This document shows, one piece after another, positions 63,281-64,000 of a stretch of 64,000 bases of DNA. The notes under the pieces are model-generated. The model had not been told where the DNA came from. It worked only from the letters and a program-made list of their open reading frames with translations, and made no database searches. Numbering within the stretch: the stretch's first letter is position 1; each line of letters starts with the position of its first letter. The translations under genes were made by a program, and so were the position numbers. Source of the DNA: Tubulanus polymorphus (Eukaryota > Animalia > Nemertea); assembly GCF_964204645.1 (NCBI RefSeq), contig NC_134029.1, positions 8,210,850-8,274,849 of the forward strand. The letters run 5' to 3'.

Positions 63281-64000
63281 TACAAAAAAAAACGTTCTTG
63301 AGAAATCTATATATAATTCTACAATTTGACAATGAATCAATTGAGTTAAACACCAACCCCCTTGGGTTGATATGAAAGCAACCTCTGGTAAAGTGTGAGG
63401 AAAGTAAATGTGTTTTCACTAGATATACCAAGTTTTGTCTGCAATTCCTTTTTGGTGATTAGAATGCAATGTACACAGTGCACTGATATTCAAATAATGC
63501 ATTTGGTTTGTCTCGTGTATGAATAAGAAACAAATCTCTGTTTTTACCGGTTGCACGTTTGAAAGAATATCATATAGTTTTGAAGGTTGCACGGTTTTGA
63601 CTGATGTGAGACTTTTCTAGGTCTGTTAGATGTGGCAAAAATAATCCTTTACCGAAAGCGGGATGAGGGTCGTGATTCGATATCTGGGCATTTACTAACT
63701 ACATATGTAATGAAATGACCATTTTCTTTCCCATCAAAGACTTATCAATTACCTGAATAATCAAATCACAATGAATGAATCTCAATTCATACAAAATTCA
63801 TACATAACCCAGCTGAAACTTTCACCATCAATCGTTTGAATTCTTTTTCAGTTCCAAGTCAACTTTGCAGCCACCTATGGAAGTAAGTAATATGTACATA
63901 CATGAAAATGGCTGATACTTTTAGGTGAAAAAATACTTCTTCATTACATGCATACCATGTAAAGATTGAGATTGGAAAGGCTAAGAGACATTATGCGTTA

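Overview
Animal (invertebrate-like, AT-rich, CpG not depleted) genomic DNA. Most of the window is one + strand gene, an SLC8/NCX-family Na+/Ca2+ exchanger. Its large first coding exon (4629-5366; TM1-TM5 with the alpha-1 repeat) is followed by a 30.7 kb intron and six small phase-consistent exons read from the sequence: 36092-36189, 37208-37258, 44248-44322, 50682-50818, 57924-58023 and candidate 59349-59384. These reach into the first Calx-beta domain, and the gene continues beyond the window. The introns are packed with non-autonomous DNA transposons (PIF/Harbinger-, piggyBac-, Kolobok-, hAT- and Tc1-like MITEs, often nested) and two tRNA-derived SINEs. Two less obvious signals stand out. 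(1) Short palindromic insertions with a 26-39 nt tail and 11-21 nt target duplications, some carrying minimal hammerhead-ribozyme cores (CTGATGA..GAAA), as known for Penelope-like retroelements. (2) The CG-rich unique DNA between transposons repeatedly forms nested, irregular stems whose mismatches are mostly G-U wobbles on the transcribed strand (best case 39954-40630), suggesting an extensively folded giant intron. All pairings were found by eye; no folding energies or database searches were run.
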